Below, one piece after another: positions 37,810 through 45,657 of a stretch of 64,000 nucleotides of DNA. The stretch lies in IMG/VR virus record IMGVR_UViG_3300029023_000077, one strand, 5' to 3'. The translations under genes and the position numbers were made by a program. The stretch is from a virus. How positions within the stretch are numbered: position 1 is the first letter of the stretch; every line of letters begins with the position of its first letter. A model generated the notes under the pieces. The model saw only the letters and a list, made by a program, of their open reading frames with translations. It was not told the origin of the DNA and searched no databases.

Positions 37810-38616
37810 ATGAATTACTGGACAGATAAGGAAAGAAGAAGAATAGCTGCGGTTGAATGGAATGAATATATCCATAATAATTATAAGGCTGAAATCAATG
37901 AGTGCATTAAGAAGACTGAGTTATGGGATGAGTTTTGTCCTTTAGAATATTCTGATGTTGTAGGTAGTGAGGTTGAATCTATGAAGGTTCTACAATTAAC
38001 CACAACACAGGCAATCAAACACTGCAGCCAAGAAGGTGAGAGAATAGCAGTATTGAATTTTGCTAGTTTCAAAAATCCTGGTGGTATGTTTTTAAATGGT
38101 TCTGGTGCGCAGGAGGAATCCCTATGCCATGAATCTCTACTGTACCCTGTATTAAAAGCATTCAATGCAAGTTATTATGCGGTTAACCATAATAACCTGA
38201 ATAGGGCTCTGTATAAAGATAAGTTGCTGTATTCTGTGGATATTCCATTCTTTGATATGAAGGCAAAGAAACCAGCAGACAAGGCGGATGTTATCACATG
38301 TGCAGCTCCTAATTGGGGTGCCTACGCAAAGTATCATGAGCCTATTTCTGATAGAGACATTGCTTTAAATCGTGAGATGCTTCGTTCACGGTTTGAGAAG
38401 CTCTACTTTGTTGCAGCAAAACATAATGTTGATACATTGATTCTTGGTGCATGGGGATGTGGTGTTTTCAAACAGAATATACATACTGTTATTGATGTAA
38501 TGCTTGAAGTAATAATGTCATATCAGGCAAATATTAAACATATTGTATTTGCTGTGCCTGATGCGGATAGTTTTAGAATATTTGATAGCAGGGTGAGAAA
38601 AGCAGTAGAAGCATAA
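37810..38616 (+). CDS. microbial-type poly(ADP-ribose) glycohydrolase (DUF2263/TIGR02452 macro domain)
   Basis: VLNFASFKNPGGMFLNGSGAQEESLCHESLLY = PARG GGG-x6-8-QEE signature; LILGAWGCGVFKQN second conserved block. Confidence 0.8.
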   Translation: MNYWTDKERRRIAAVEWNEYIHNNYKAEINECIKKTELWDEFCPLEYSDVVGSEVESMKVLQLTTTQAIKHCSQEGERIAVLNFASFKNPGGMFLNGSGAQEESLCHESLLYPVLKAFNASYYAVNHNNLNRALYKDKLLYSVDIPFFDMKAKKPADKADVITCAAPNWGAYAKYHEPISDRDIALNREMLRSRFEKLYFVAAKHNVDTLILGAWGCGVFKQNIHTVIDVMLEVIMSYQANIKHIVFAVPDADSFRIFDSRVRKAVEA

Positions 38617-38644
38617 AAGAATGTGCAATAGCAGTTTAAAGCTT

Positions 38645-38681
38645 GGGATGGCTAAATTTGAACCATCCCTATTATTTTATT
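38645..38681 (+). terminator. rho-independent terminator
   Basis: GGGATGG-ctaaatttgaa-CCATCCC then TATTATTTTATT. Confidence 0.6.
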
Positions 38682-38697
38682 AAAAGAGGTAGTTAAA

Positions 38698-38976
38698 ATG
38701 ATGGGATTAAAAGAATTTAAAACACCGGCAGTGAAGATCATTACGTCTGAGAATATAACAGATAATTATGCTACATGGATTCATCGTAACAGGATTGGAG
38801 GCAGGTCCGGGCATTGTATTGGGGAATCACTTGAATTGACAGTCAAGAGGCTTCTGTTATTTTGTGATACATTTGCTTCTGCTGGGGACGTGATTGAGGT
38901 AAAGACAAATTTTGATAAGAATTTGTTTTTAGATGCCATTAAAGTTGAGCGCCCTTACATTATTTCTCTTGTTTAA
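38698..38976 (+). CDS. hypothetical protein
   Basis: 92-aa ORF with RBS AGAGG. Confidence 0.5.
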   Translation: MMGLKEFKTPAVKIITSENITDNYATWIHRNRIGGRSGHCIGESLELTVKRLLLFCDTFASAGDVIEVKTNFDKNLFLDAIKVERPYIISLV

Positions 38977-39024
38977 TGAAATAATGCAGTTTCTCTTGAC
39001 ATATATAAATGAAGAAAGGTATAG

Positions 39025-39885
39025 GTGATTTTTGTGAATAAATCTGTAAGAATGGGTTCAATGTTAATTCTTACTTGTTTGCTGTCAGCTTGTGGGAAAA
39101 ATACAGAAACTGACAATACACTTGCTGTAGATACTGTAGTTGAGTCGTCAGAGCCAGAAGATATTGCAGTCAGTTTACCCGAATACTCAGTTCTTGATGA
39201 CCATTATGGTTTTCAGGCTTCTAAGGTTCGTAATGATGGGTCAGCTACATATATTGCTTCAGTAGTTAAAGATGGTACTAATCAGTCATACTCAGTATAC
39301 AATAGTTATTCGCAGGAAGACAATAATTCTGTTGATTATGTCAATATGTCGTTGGTTTTTGTAGGTGGTGACTGTTATTTGTACGAAACACATGGCTCTA
39401 TTGGCTCTACTCCAGACACAGATACAGTCTATAAAGTAGCTGATCCAAATTTCCAGTCATTTGATTTCACAGCATTTGATTTCTATACTACGATAGTTAG
39501 TATGTTAAGCTCTGTATCTTCTTACGAAGACATGGGTGTTACAACTTTTGAAACGGAATCTGGCAGCTATGAAGTAAATAACTATGATTGTACATCCACA
39601 GTGGGTATTGCAGTTGATGGTTTGATAAAGCTCCAAATTGACAAAGATTCTAATTTATTACGAGAAGTATCATTTACTGGCACTGCAATGAATACAGAAT
39701 ATACTCTGTATGAATATCAGGATGACGGCATGTTTTCTGATTTAGGGCAGGTATCAGATACAATCAGCTACACTGAGGCTTTAAGTCTTTTTAAAGATGC
39801 TGTATATAATGCTGAAGTTATTGTAGCAAGCGAGAGTAATGAGGTTCAGAAAGAGTCGTTTAAATATGAAGAGGTGCTTGAATGA
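39025..39885 (+). CDS. lipoprotein
   Basis: Signal peptide with lipobox LSAC-G; GTG start (alternative ATG 39052). Confidence 0.55.
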   Translation: MIFVNKSVRMGSMLILTCLLSACGKNTETDNTLAVDTVVESSEPEDIAVSLPEYSVLDDHYGFQASKVRNDGSATYIASVVKDGTNQSYSVYNSYSQEDNNSVDYVNMSLVFVGGDCYLYETHGSIGSTPDTDTVYKVADPNFQSFDFTAFDFYTTIVSMLSSVSSYEDMGVTTFETESGSYEVNNYDCTSTVGIAVDGLIKLQIDKDSNLLREVSFTGTAMNTEYTLYEYQDDGMFSDLGQVSDTISYTEALSLFKDAVYNAEVIVASESNEVQKESFKYEEVLE

Positions 39886-40736
39886 GGTTGAAGTTATTGT
39901 GTGTTGCAGTCATCCTTATGCTATTGACTGGCTGTTCACGGCAGGACGAGGCTGACGGATCTTTACGAGTAAAAGAATCTACGAGTTACAATAAAGTATA
40001 TTTTAATATCTCGGATGACATCTACTACCCAGTACATATTCCAGATGATTTGAACTATGTGACTGATAATACTAAATATATCTACGCTGATGATAACAAG
40101 CTTAATGTATCTGTCATATCTGGTGCAGATTATTACAAATTTTCGGAGTCTGTCTTAACTAAAAATACGGAGACAGTGCGAAAAAATATAGTTGCCACTA
40201 AAGACTGGGAGACTGCAGATGTTGCAGAGGCAGCTATTTACTTATATAACGATAAAGCTGTCCGTGTGCATGTAGAGGGAAATCCTGGTGCATTTGCAAC
40301 GATATTGGACGGCTTACAATCAGAGTGGTGCGAAAGATCAAAATATACGTCTTTGACAGTTCCTGAGGATTGTGTATTGGATGCACTCCCTACCTATACA
40401 GGCACTACAGAGATTTCTGCTGGTTTAGGTGGGCAGTTACGTAAGGTCTATTCCCTGAATAATGGAGAGGGTAGTCTTAGTGTATCACAGGAGTTCAGGA
40501 AATTTGATGAAGCCATTCAGTTGTACGAACAGCGAATAGCTACAATAGCAGATTCAGACTATGCAGCATGCCAGTATAAGTCAGATAATATCTATTATGC
40601 AGAAGTCAAGGATTATGTTGTTGGCGTCTATAAGGTTAATTTCAACACAGTATTGACCTGTTACGGAGTTGGTGACTCCGCCAAGTTAAATACTGTGTTC
40701 TTTTTATCAAATCAGACAAGTGAGGTGACTAAATAA
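39882..40736 (+). CDS. lipoprotein
   Basis: MRLKLLCVAVILMLLTGCSRQ lipobox. Confidence 0.55.
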   Translation: MRLKLLCVAVILMLLTGCSRQDEADGSLRVKESTSYNKVYFNISDDIYYPVHIPDDLNYVTDNTKYIYADDNKLNVSVISGADYYKFSESVLTKNTETVRKNIVATKDWETADVAEAAIYLYNDKAVRVHVEGNPGAFATILDGLQSEWCERSKYTSLTVPEDCVLDALPTYTGTTEISAGLGGQLRKVYSLNNGEGSLSVSQEFRKFDEAIQLYEQRIATIADSDYAACQYKSDNIYYAEVKDYVVGVYKVNFNTVLTCYGVGDSAKLNTVFFLSNQTSEVTK

Positions 40737-40738
40737 TT

Positions 40739-41338
40739 ATGGGATTCTTTGATAATCTTGGTAAGAGTATTGTAAATAGCGCTAAATCTGAGTTGCAATA
40801 TGAATTGCAGCGTGGTGTTAGGCAGGGTATACAGTCTGCTATATTAAATGGTAAGAAAGCCATGTCAAAGAACTGGAGATGTTCTTGTGGTGCAATGAAT
40901 GACGGGAAGTTCTGTAAGAATTGTGGTAAAGAACGAAATGCTGTTGTTTCTGTGTGTAAGAAATGTGGTTGGAGTTCAGATGATTCTAATGTAAAATTTT
41001 GCCCTAATTGTGGCAATGACCTAGAATCTGGTGCACAGGCAGGCTCTGATGTCAACTTAGGTAATATGTCAGAGTATATGAAAGAAGTACCTGAAGAGCT
41101 TGAAGAAAGAATTACGGCAGCTGAAGAGATGCAGCCAGGTCAGTCAGGGACTGAGTACCTGCGTAATATGTTATCTGTAGCTAAAGATGCGAGGAATTTG
41201 ACATTTGAAAATATGTCTGTCTTGACAAAAGCTATGGCTAATACGACAAAGCAGGCAGGCGGAAGTTCTATGGCTGACAAGATAGATGAGCTATCTGATA
41301 ATTCCAGAGATATTGCAAGAGGTAAATACGATAAGTAG
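40739..41338 (+). CDS. double zinc-ribbon protein
   Basis: CSCG...CKNCG and CKKCG...CPNCG. Confidence 0.5.
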   Translation: MGFFDNLGKSIVNSAKSELQYELQRGVRQGIQSAILNGKKAMSKNWRCSCGAMNDGKFCKNCGKERNAVVSVCKKCGWSSDDSNVKFCPNCGNDLESGAQAGSDVNLGNMSEYMKEVPEELEERITAAEEMQPGQSGTEYLRNMLSVAKDARNLTFENMSVLTKAMANTTKQAGGSSMADKIDELSDNSRDIARGKYDK

Positions 41339-41353
41339 TAAGGAGTGTTCAGT

Positions 41354-41590
41354 ATGACAAGTATTAAAGTAAATTTGGATTCTGTTAATAAGGTAAAGGA
41401 GTTTGTAGAAATTACAGGGAAATTCCCTGAAGATTTAGATTTGGCTCATGGAAAGTACGTAATTGATGCTAAATCCCTGATGGGTATTTTCAGCCTTGAT
41501 TTGTCAAAGCCACTGGACCTGACAATCAACTCAGATGATGAGGATAGAGTTGAAGAGATTTCAGCTGCATTCAGTTCATTTAGGGTGTAA
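41354..41590 (+). CDS. HPr-like fold protein lacking the phosphorylatable histidine
   Basis: GKYVIDAKSLMGIFSLDLSKPLDLTINSDDEDRVEEI parallels HPr [32 protein letters not shown]; no His at the His15-equivalent position. Confidence 0.4.
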   Translation: MTSIKVNLDSVNKVKEFVEITGKFPEDLDLAHGKYVIDAKSLMGIFSLDLSKPLDLTINSDDEDRVEEISAAFSSFRV

Positions 41591-41679
41591 GACTGTCTTA
41601 TTAAGGAGAAAGAAAACTCTTAAAACTCTATACGGAGTTTAACTCTATATCTTCCTCACAATAAGGCAGAGGATCTCAT

Positions 41680-42073
41680 AGGCCTGTAATGGTTTCGACA
41701 GGGTTATGAGGTTAAGTATTGCATCGGTCAGTCACCTATAACCAAAAAACAAAAAAATAGACGCTACAAGACGCCCTATGGCTATTGCTGCTTAATCTCG
41801 TGAGAGGTTGGTTGTTATAGTTCCGTTGCTACCGGGTAATGGGACGATGGTGATAGCTACCTCAACGTTTGCTACTATAAAGTAAATAGCTATGATGCTA
41901 GACTCCCAATCTTAGTATTGATATACAGCCTCGCAAGGAGGCTAGGTGCACAAACAATGGCCATGTAAGGTTTGTTAATTTTACCTGTATATGACTGTAA
42001 CGAAAATTAACTAAGATGTAGATATACTTATTAGTACTTTCTTTGGACACGGGTTCGATTCCCGTCAGGTCCA
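41680..42073 (+). ncRNA. ssrA: tmRNA (SsrA-like transfer-messenger RNA), tag ATRRPMAIAA
   Basis: 5' AGGCCUGUAAUGGUUUCGACAGGG parallels GGGGCUGAUUCUGGAUUCGACGGG. AAAAAAAUAGAC-GCU... parallels E. coli AAAAAAUAGUC-GCA at the resume codon. The tag frame GCU ACA AGA CGC CCU AUG GCU AUU GCU GCU UAA lies at 41763-41795. 3' end is T-arm ACGGG-UUCGAUU-CCCGU plus acceptor CAGGUCC-A pairing with 5' GGCCUG (G3:U). Length ~394 nt. Confidence 0.8.
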
Positions 42074-42161
42074 CTTAGATACTAGGAGAGGCTAAGACTC
42101 TAGTAGTGATGAGACCATCACACTAGTAGCTTTAAGTAAACAAAGCGAAGGAGATTTATTT

Positions 42162-42914
42162 ATGCGAGTAATATCTATGCAAGGTAAAGTAGTCTGGGAC
42201 ATTCTACAGAGAGATAAGGTGTATTATGCTGATAAGGCCTTACTGCGAGAAGACAACTACTATAGTAAGGATATTAAGCGACTTAATGGGGCTATACCTA
42301 TTTGGTGTTATAGTTGGCCAGATTTAAGTTTTCATTCAATGTATAACGGGGAAGTTCTAGATTATTTAAGAATGGAAATGAGTCTAGAACAAAAGAATTG
42401 CTGGGATTCTTTTGTAATGTTTGAGTTAGATATCCCAGATGATTCTTTAATTGGGTACACGCACAATGCAAGTGCATATTCTGTGATAATACCTAGATTA
42501 AGCTTAGATATGGTAAAAGCTGTTTATACAGTAAGGGACGCAAATAATGCTAATCCTTACTGGAAAGTAATAAACCCTATATGGATTAGTGAGACAGATA
42601 AGTGTGACATTATTACTAAGACAGAGTTAAACTGTGAATTGCTTACAGAAATGGAAGAAAGTATATCAGATGTTTTCGTTGAAGACGAAAGTGGAAGGTG
42701 CTTATGGTGTAATAAAGAAAGTACTTATACTGTTGATGGAAAGCATTTCTGTTCCCTGGGTTGTAAATGGGAGCATGAAAGAAGATTTATTAATGTGCTA
42801 AGAAGCAGAGGCATTTCTAGGTGTAGAGCGCTATGTATTCACTCTAGTTTTACAGATGCTGATTTTGCGCATGGAATTGTAAAGGCAGCTAGGAACGTAG
42901 TATCTAATAAGTAA
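42162..42914 (+). CDS. hypothetical protein with C-terminal Cys/His cluster
   Basis: 250-aa ORF; CLWCN...CSLGCKWEH. Confidence 0.5.
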   Translation: MRVISMQGKVVWDILQRDKVYYADKALLREDNYYSKDIKRLNGAIPIWCYSWPDLSFHSMYNGEVLDYLRMEMSLEQKNCWDSFVMFELDIPDDSLIGYTHNASAYSVIIPRLSLDMVKAVYTVRDANNANPYWKVINPIWISETDKCDIITKTELNCELLTEMEESISDVFVEDESGRCLWCNKESTYTVDGKHFCSLGCKWEHERRFINVLRSRGISRCRALCIHSSFTDADFAHGIVKAARNVVSNK

Positions 42915-43131
42915 CTTAGGAATGAAGAACAGTTCTATTGTAGGGGTTCGATTGGATTAAAGTGTATCGTCTGCGTAATTCATTTCATCTCTCACCGCAT
43001 TGCTAGGATATATAGAGAGAGCCATACGATAGCATATCCTAGACCTATTAAAGATCGTCTTGCTGTTGGTGCTTCGTGGTAGCAAGAGTAATTAAGATTG
43101 CTGCGAATTCTTTTCTAATAATATTTATGAG

Positions 43132-43329
43132 GTGAAATTTATGACTTATGAAGAGTTTAAAGAGTCACGTAAGGATGTTAAGTATTCGGATGGTACACAT
43201 AAATGTATTGTATGTGGTAAGATTCCAGCTTATTGGGAAGTAGGAGATGCCAGGTACTATTGCTCGGCATGTGAAGAACATTCTGGATTAAAAGATAACT
43301 ATAAACGTTACTGTAGAAGATTACAGTAA
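43132..43329 (+). CDS. small zinc-finger protein
   Basis: CIVCG ... CSAC. Confidence 0.45.
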   Translation: MKFMTYEEFKESRKDVKYSDGTHKCIVCGKIPAYWEVGDARYYCSACEEHSGLKDNYKRYCRRLQ

Positions 43330-43413
43330 TGTCTTGTTTAATTAGTGGATTTAGACCACTTCCAGTCTTCCTATTAAAATTAAAATTAAAATCATTTAAG
43401 GAGAATTTAAATT

Positions 43414-43716
43414 ATGTCAGATGTAGTTCAGTGGATAGTTGTTTTTGTATTAGCACTATTAATTTACCTTATGTATATACGTGGTTTCATTAAATACATG
43501 AGGTCTAATAAGGTAGTTATAGGTATGTCAGAAAAGCAGGTAAGGCATCTTATTGGTAGACCAGACAAAATCAAGGGTACCGGTAATTCAAAGGTTGTAA
43601 TCTACAGATTTCACTATGCAAACAGGTTATCTGCTGAGACAAGCGTAAAAGTTTGTATTGAGTTTAGGAATAATGAAGTGGCACATGTTTATAGGTCTAT
43701 TGATAAGTGGAATTAA
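43414..43716 (+). CDS. small membrane-anchored protein
   Basis: N-terminal TM helix VVQWIVVFVLALLIYLMYI. Confidence 0.5.
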   Translation: MSDVVQWIVVFVLALLIYLMYIRGFIKYMRSNKVVIGMSEKQVRHLIGRPDKIKGTGNSKVVIYRFHYANRLSAETSVKVCIEFRNNEVAHVYRSIDKWN

Positions 43717-43740
43717 AGTATTTTATGAGGGGGTGTAATT

Positions 43741-43908
43741 ATGTCAAAAGTAAACATGAGTAACTTAATACTATTCTTATGTGCATCATCAAAGATACCT
43801 ACCATTGTATTCGCACATCATACTACAGCGGAGGGTTGCACAAAGCTATGCAAGTTAATTAAGGAGACTTACGATAATGAAGAGAAATATGGTAGCTCCC
43901 ACACATAG
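43741..43908 (+). CDS. small ORF (55 aa) at 5' edge of the ncRNA locus
   Basis: RBS GAGGGGGTG; ends 10 nt before T-arm module A. Confidence 0.3.
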   Translation: MSKVNMSNLILFLCASSKIPTIVFAHHTTAEGCTKLCKLIKETYDNEEKYGSSHT

Positions 43909-43918
43909 TGTAATTATG

Positions 43919-44030
43919 TGGGGTTCGATTCCCTATCGAGGCGTTCAGGTGAAGGGTAGTCCAATCCTGTGGGCGGGTGCGGTTAGAGTGCAGAGGGTGA
44001 GTTTGGGTAACACGCTGTACTGGAACCTGA
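43919..44030 (+). ncRNA. repeat unit A: tRNA-like T-arm/acceptor module plus conserved ~85-nt element
   Basis: TGGGG-TTCGATT-CCCTA T-arm plus TCGAGGC-G, then AGGTGAAGGGTAGTCCAAT...CACGCTGTACTGGAACCTGA. No matching 5' acceptor within 95 nt, so not a canonical tRNA. Confidence 0.35.
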
Positions 44031-44096
44031 TGTATTGAGAGGAGTTCTGTATTTTATGTAACAAAGATAGTTAGTAGAATTGATGGGGGAATTACT

Positions 44097-44216
44097 ATGA
44101 GTAATGATAAAAATAAAAATGTAAATAATGCAAAGAAGCAGGCCTGTGGTAGACATACATTTTTAGCTGATGTATCAAAGAAAGCTACAGAGGCTGCTAA
44201 AAAGAAAAAATATTAA
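44097..44216 (+). CDS. small lysine-rich ORF (39 aa) between the two ncRNA units
   Basis: RBS GGGGGA; MSNDKNKNVNNAKKQACGRH... Confidence 0.3.
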   Translation: MSNDKNKNVNNAKKQACGRHTFLADVSKKATEAAKKKKY

Positions 44217-44234
44217 AATAACAATTGAATAAAT

Positions 44235-44390
44235 AGAATATTAGTTCATTGGCAGAACGACCATATGTGTATGTAGTTGGTTCGATTCCAACATATTCTA
44301 TTAGGTGAAATGGTAGTCCAAATGTCTGTTGGGTGGCTGAGGTTAAAGTGCATGAGGGTGAAATTGGGTAGCACGCTGTACAGGAACCTA
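44235..44390 (+). ncRNA. repeat unit B: 66-nt tRNA-like element plus second copy of the conserved ~90-nt element
   Basis: Acceptor AGAATAT/ATATTCT-A, U8A9, D-arm GTTC-ATTGGCA-GAAC, perfect T-arm GTTGG-TTCGATT-CCAAC, but only 16 nt where anticodon arm and variable loop should be. Then AGGTGAAATGGTAGTCCAAA...CACGCTGTACAGGAACCTA, about 80% identical to unit A. Confidence 0.35.
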
Positions 44391-44475
44391 TTTTAATATA
44401 GCTGGCAGAGCAAAAGAAATAAGAGAGGGTCGGCACTCTCTTAAAGTATTTGGTGGTTAAGCTCTTGCACTTAAT

Positions 44476-44509
44476 CGTGTAGATGATGGGTTCAATTCCC
44501 ACTCCAGCT
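44476..44509 (+). ncRNA. third tRNA-like T-arm/acceptor module
   Basis: ATGGG-TTCAATT-CCCAC then TCCAGCT; possible 5' partner GCTGGCA at 44401 gives a 109-nt span, too long for a standard tRNA. Confidence 0.25.
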
Positions 44510-44588
44510 GTTTCTAATAAAAATATGCAAGGAGATAGAAGAAATTAGACTAGGTTCGTTGTTACATGTTAATTAAAATTAGAAAGGA

Positions 44589-44843
44589 ATGGATAAGATT
44601 ATGGCAAAGAGAATTGAAGATTTAAGAAGTAGTAAGTCATCAGAGCATAAAGGAGGGAGAAAATGTATGATTAAAGTTTTAGGCGATGCAGATGATAATA
44701 TTTTAACTTGTCCATCATGTAAGCGAAATTTGGCTTATAAAGACTCAGATGTAAGAGAGTATCGTGTGGATATACAATCTTGGGAAAGAGGTATTACATG
44801 TCCAGTTTGCAAAAGTATGATACAAGTTCCACAGATATTTTGA
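44589..44843 (+). CDS. small zinc-ribbon protein
   Basis: CPSCKRN ... CPVCKS. Confidence 0.5.
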   Translation: MDKIMAKRIEDLRSSKSSEHKGGRKCMIKVLGDADDNILTCPSCKRNLAYKDSDVREYRVDIQSWERGITCPVCKSMIQVPQIF

Positions 44844-44967
44844 GTAGTTAGATGCACATGGCATTTATGATGAGGATTAAGTTATAAATAATATTTATGT
44901 ACTCTCGAAGTCTTCTAAATGAAGCATTCCGAGAGTACATATATTTTATGAATGGAGGTTTTTTATT

Positions 44968-45189
44968 ATGGCAATAGATATTAAAGAAGCAAGAAAGAAT
45001 TCGTTAGACATGACATTTAGCGAGTTCTTGAGTAACTGTACTGCATGTGGCGGTAATTGGGGTGCCATGTTATTAACTGGTATTAAGAGAGTATTTCCAG
45101 ATAACTATGAGGAAGTAGAGAAGAAATACAATTCTATGGATTTTTCTCATGGTGGTGTTTATCCATTTATGTTTTATGCGAGTGGTTAA
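44968..45189 (+). CDS. hypothetical protein, MAIDIKEARK N-terminal family
   Basis: RBS GGAGGTTTTTTATT-ATG; shared N-terminal motif. Confidence 0.5.
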   Translation: MAIDIKEARKNSLDMTFSEFLSNCTACGGNWGAMLLTGIKRVFPDNYEEVEKKYNSMDFSHGGVYPFMFYASG

Positions 45190-45260
45190 CTGCACATGGT
45201 ATCTATAGTGAAGACAAGAGTTAAGTTTAAAAATAATATTTTATGGATGGAGGTTTTATT

Positions 45261-45641
45261 ATGCTAGATATTAATAAGATGAGAGAAAAACAGGCTTCTG
45301 TTAAAGAAGGTTTAGAATACGATAAGGTTCATGATTTCGACGATTTACAGATGGAAGAAATTAGATTAGGGCTCACTGATGGGCTAGATGTATCTGTCTA
45401 TGCTAAACATGAGTTTGATAGTGAGCAAATGTCAAAAATTAGATTAGGACTTCTCAATGGATTGGATGTATCTGTCTATGCTAAGCCTGAGCTCTCTTGG
45501 AAGCAGATGGAAGAAATTAGATTAGGACTCGCTGATGGACTGGATGTATCTGTTTACGCTAAGCCTGAGCTCTCTTGGAAGCAGATGGAAGAAATTAGAT
45601 TAGGGTTTACCACGTTAACTAAAATTAGAAATATTTTATGA
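45261..45641 (+). CDS. hypothetical protein with 26-aa tandem repeats, MLDINKMREK N-terminus
   Basis: ATG 45261 after GGAGGTTTTATT; 3.5 tandem 78-nt repeats LGLxDGLDVSVYAKPELSWKQMEEIR. Confidence 0.5.
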   Translation: MLDINKMREKQASVKEGLEYDKVHDFDDLQMEEIRLGLTDGLDVSVYAKHEFDSEQMSKIRLGLLNGLDVSVYAKPELSWKQMEEIRLGLADGLDVSVYAKPELSWKQMEEIRLGFTTLTKIRNIL

Positions 45642-45657
45642 AAGAAGGATTTTTATT

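Noticed and set aside
41680-42073. Possibility that the tmRNA is a host ssrA with an island integrated at its 3' end
   Set aside because: The gene is full length, the flanking genes on both sides are co-oriented phage-type genes, and there is no integrase or direct repeat of the 3' end. The three downstream T-arm modules differ in sequence from the tmRNA 3' end.
42927-42950. GGGGTTCGATTGG motif suggestive of a tRNA
   Set aside because: The flanks cannot form a T-stem and there are no acceptor or D-arm partners. Probably a chance match or a degenerate remnant.
43350-43375. ATTAAA-ATTAAA-ATTAAA micro-repeat, considered as a CRISPR or iteron array
   Set aside because: Only three 6-nt units and no spacers. 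It is low-complexity AT sequence in an intergenic region.
44197-44502. 101-aa minus-strand ORF containing 'GIEP' twice
   Set aside because: GIEP is the translation of the reverse complement of GGTTCGATTCC T-arms. The ORF is an artefact of the plus-strand tRNA-like elements.
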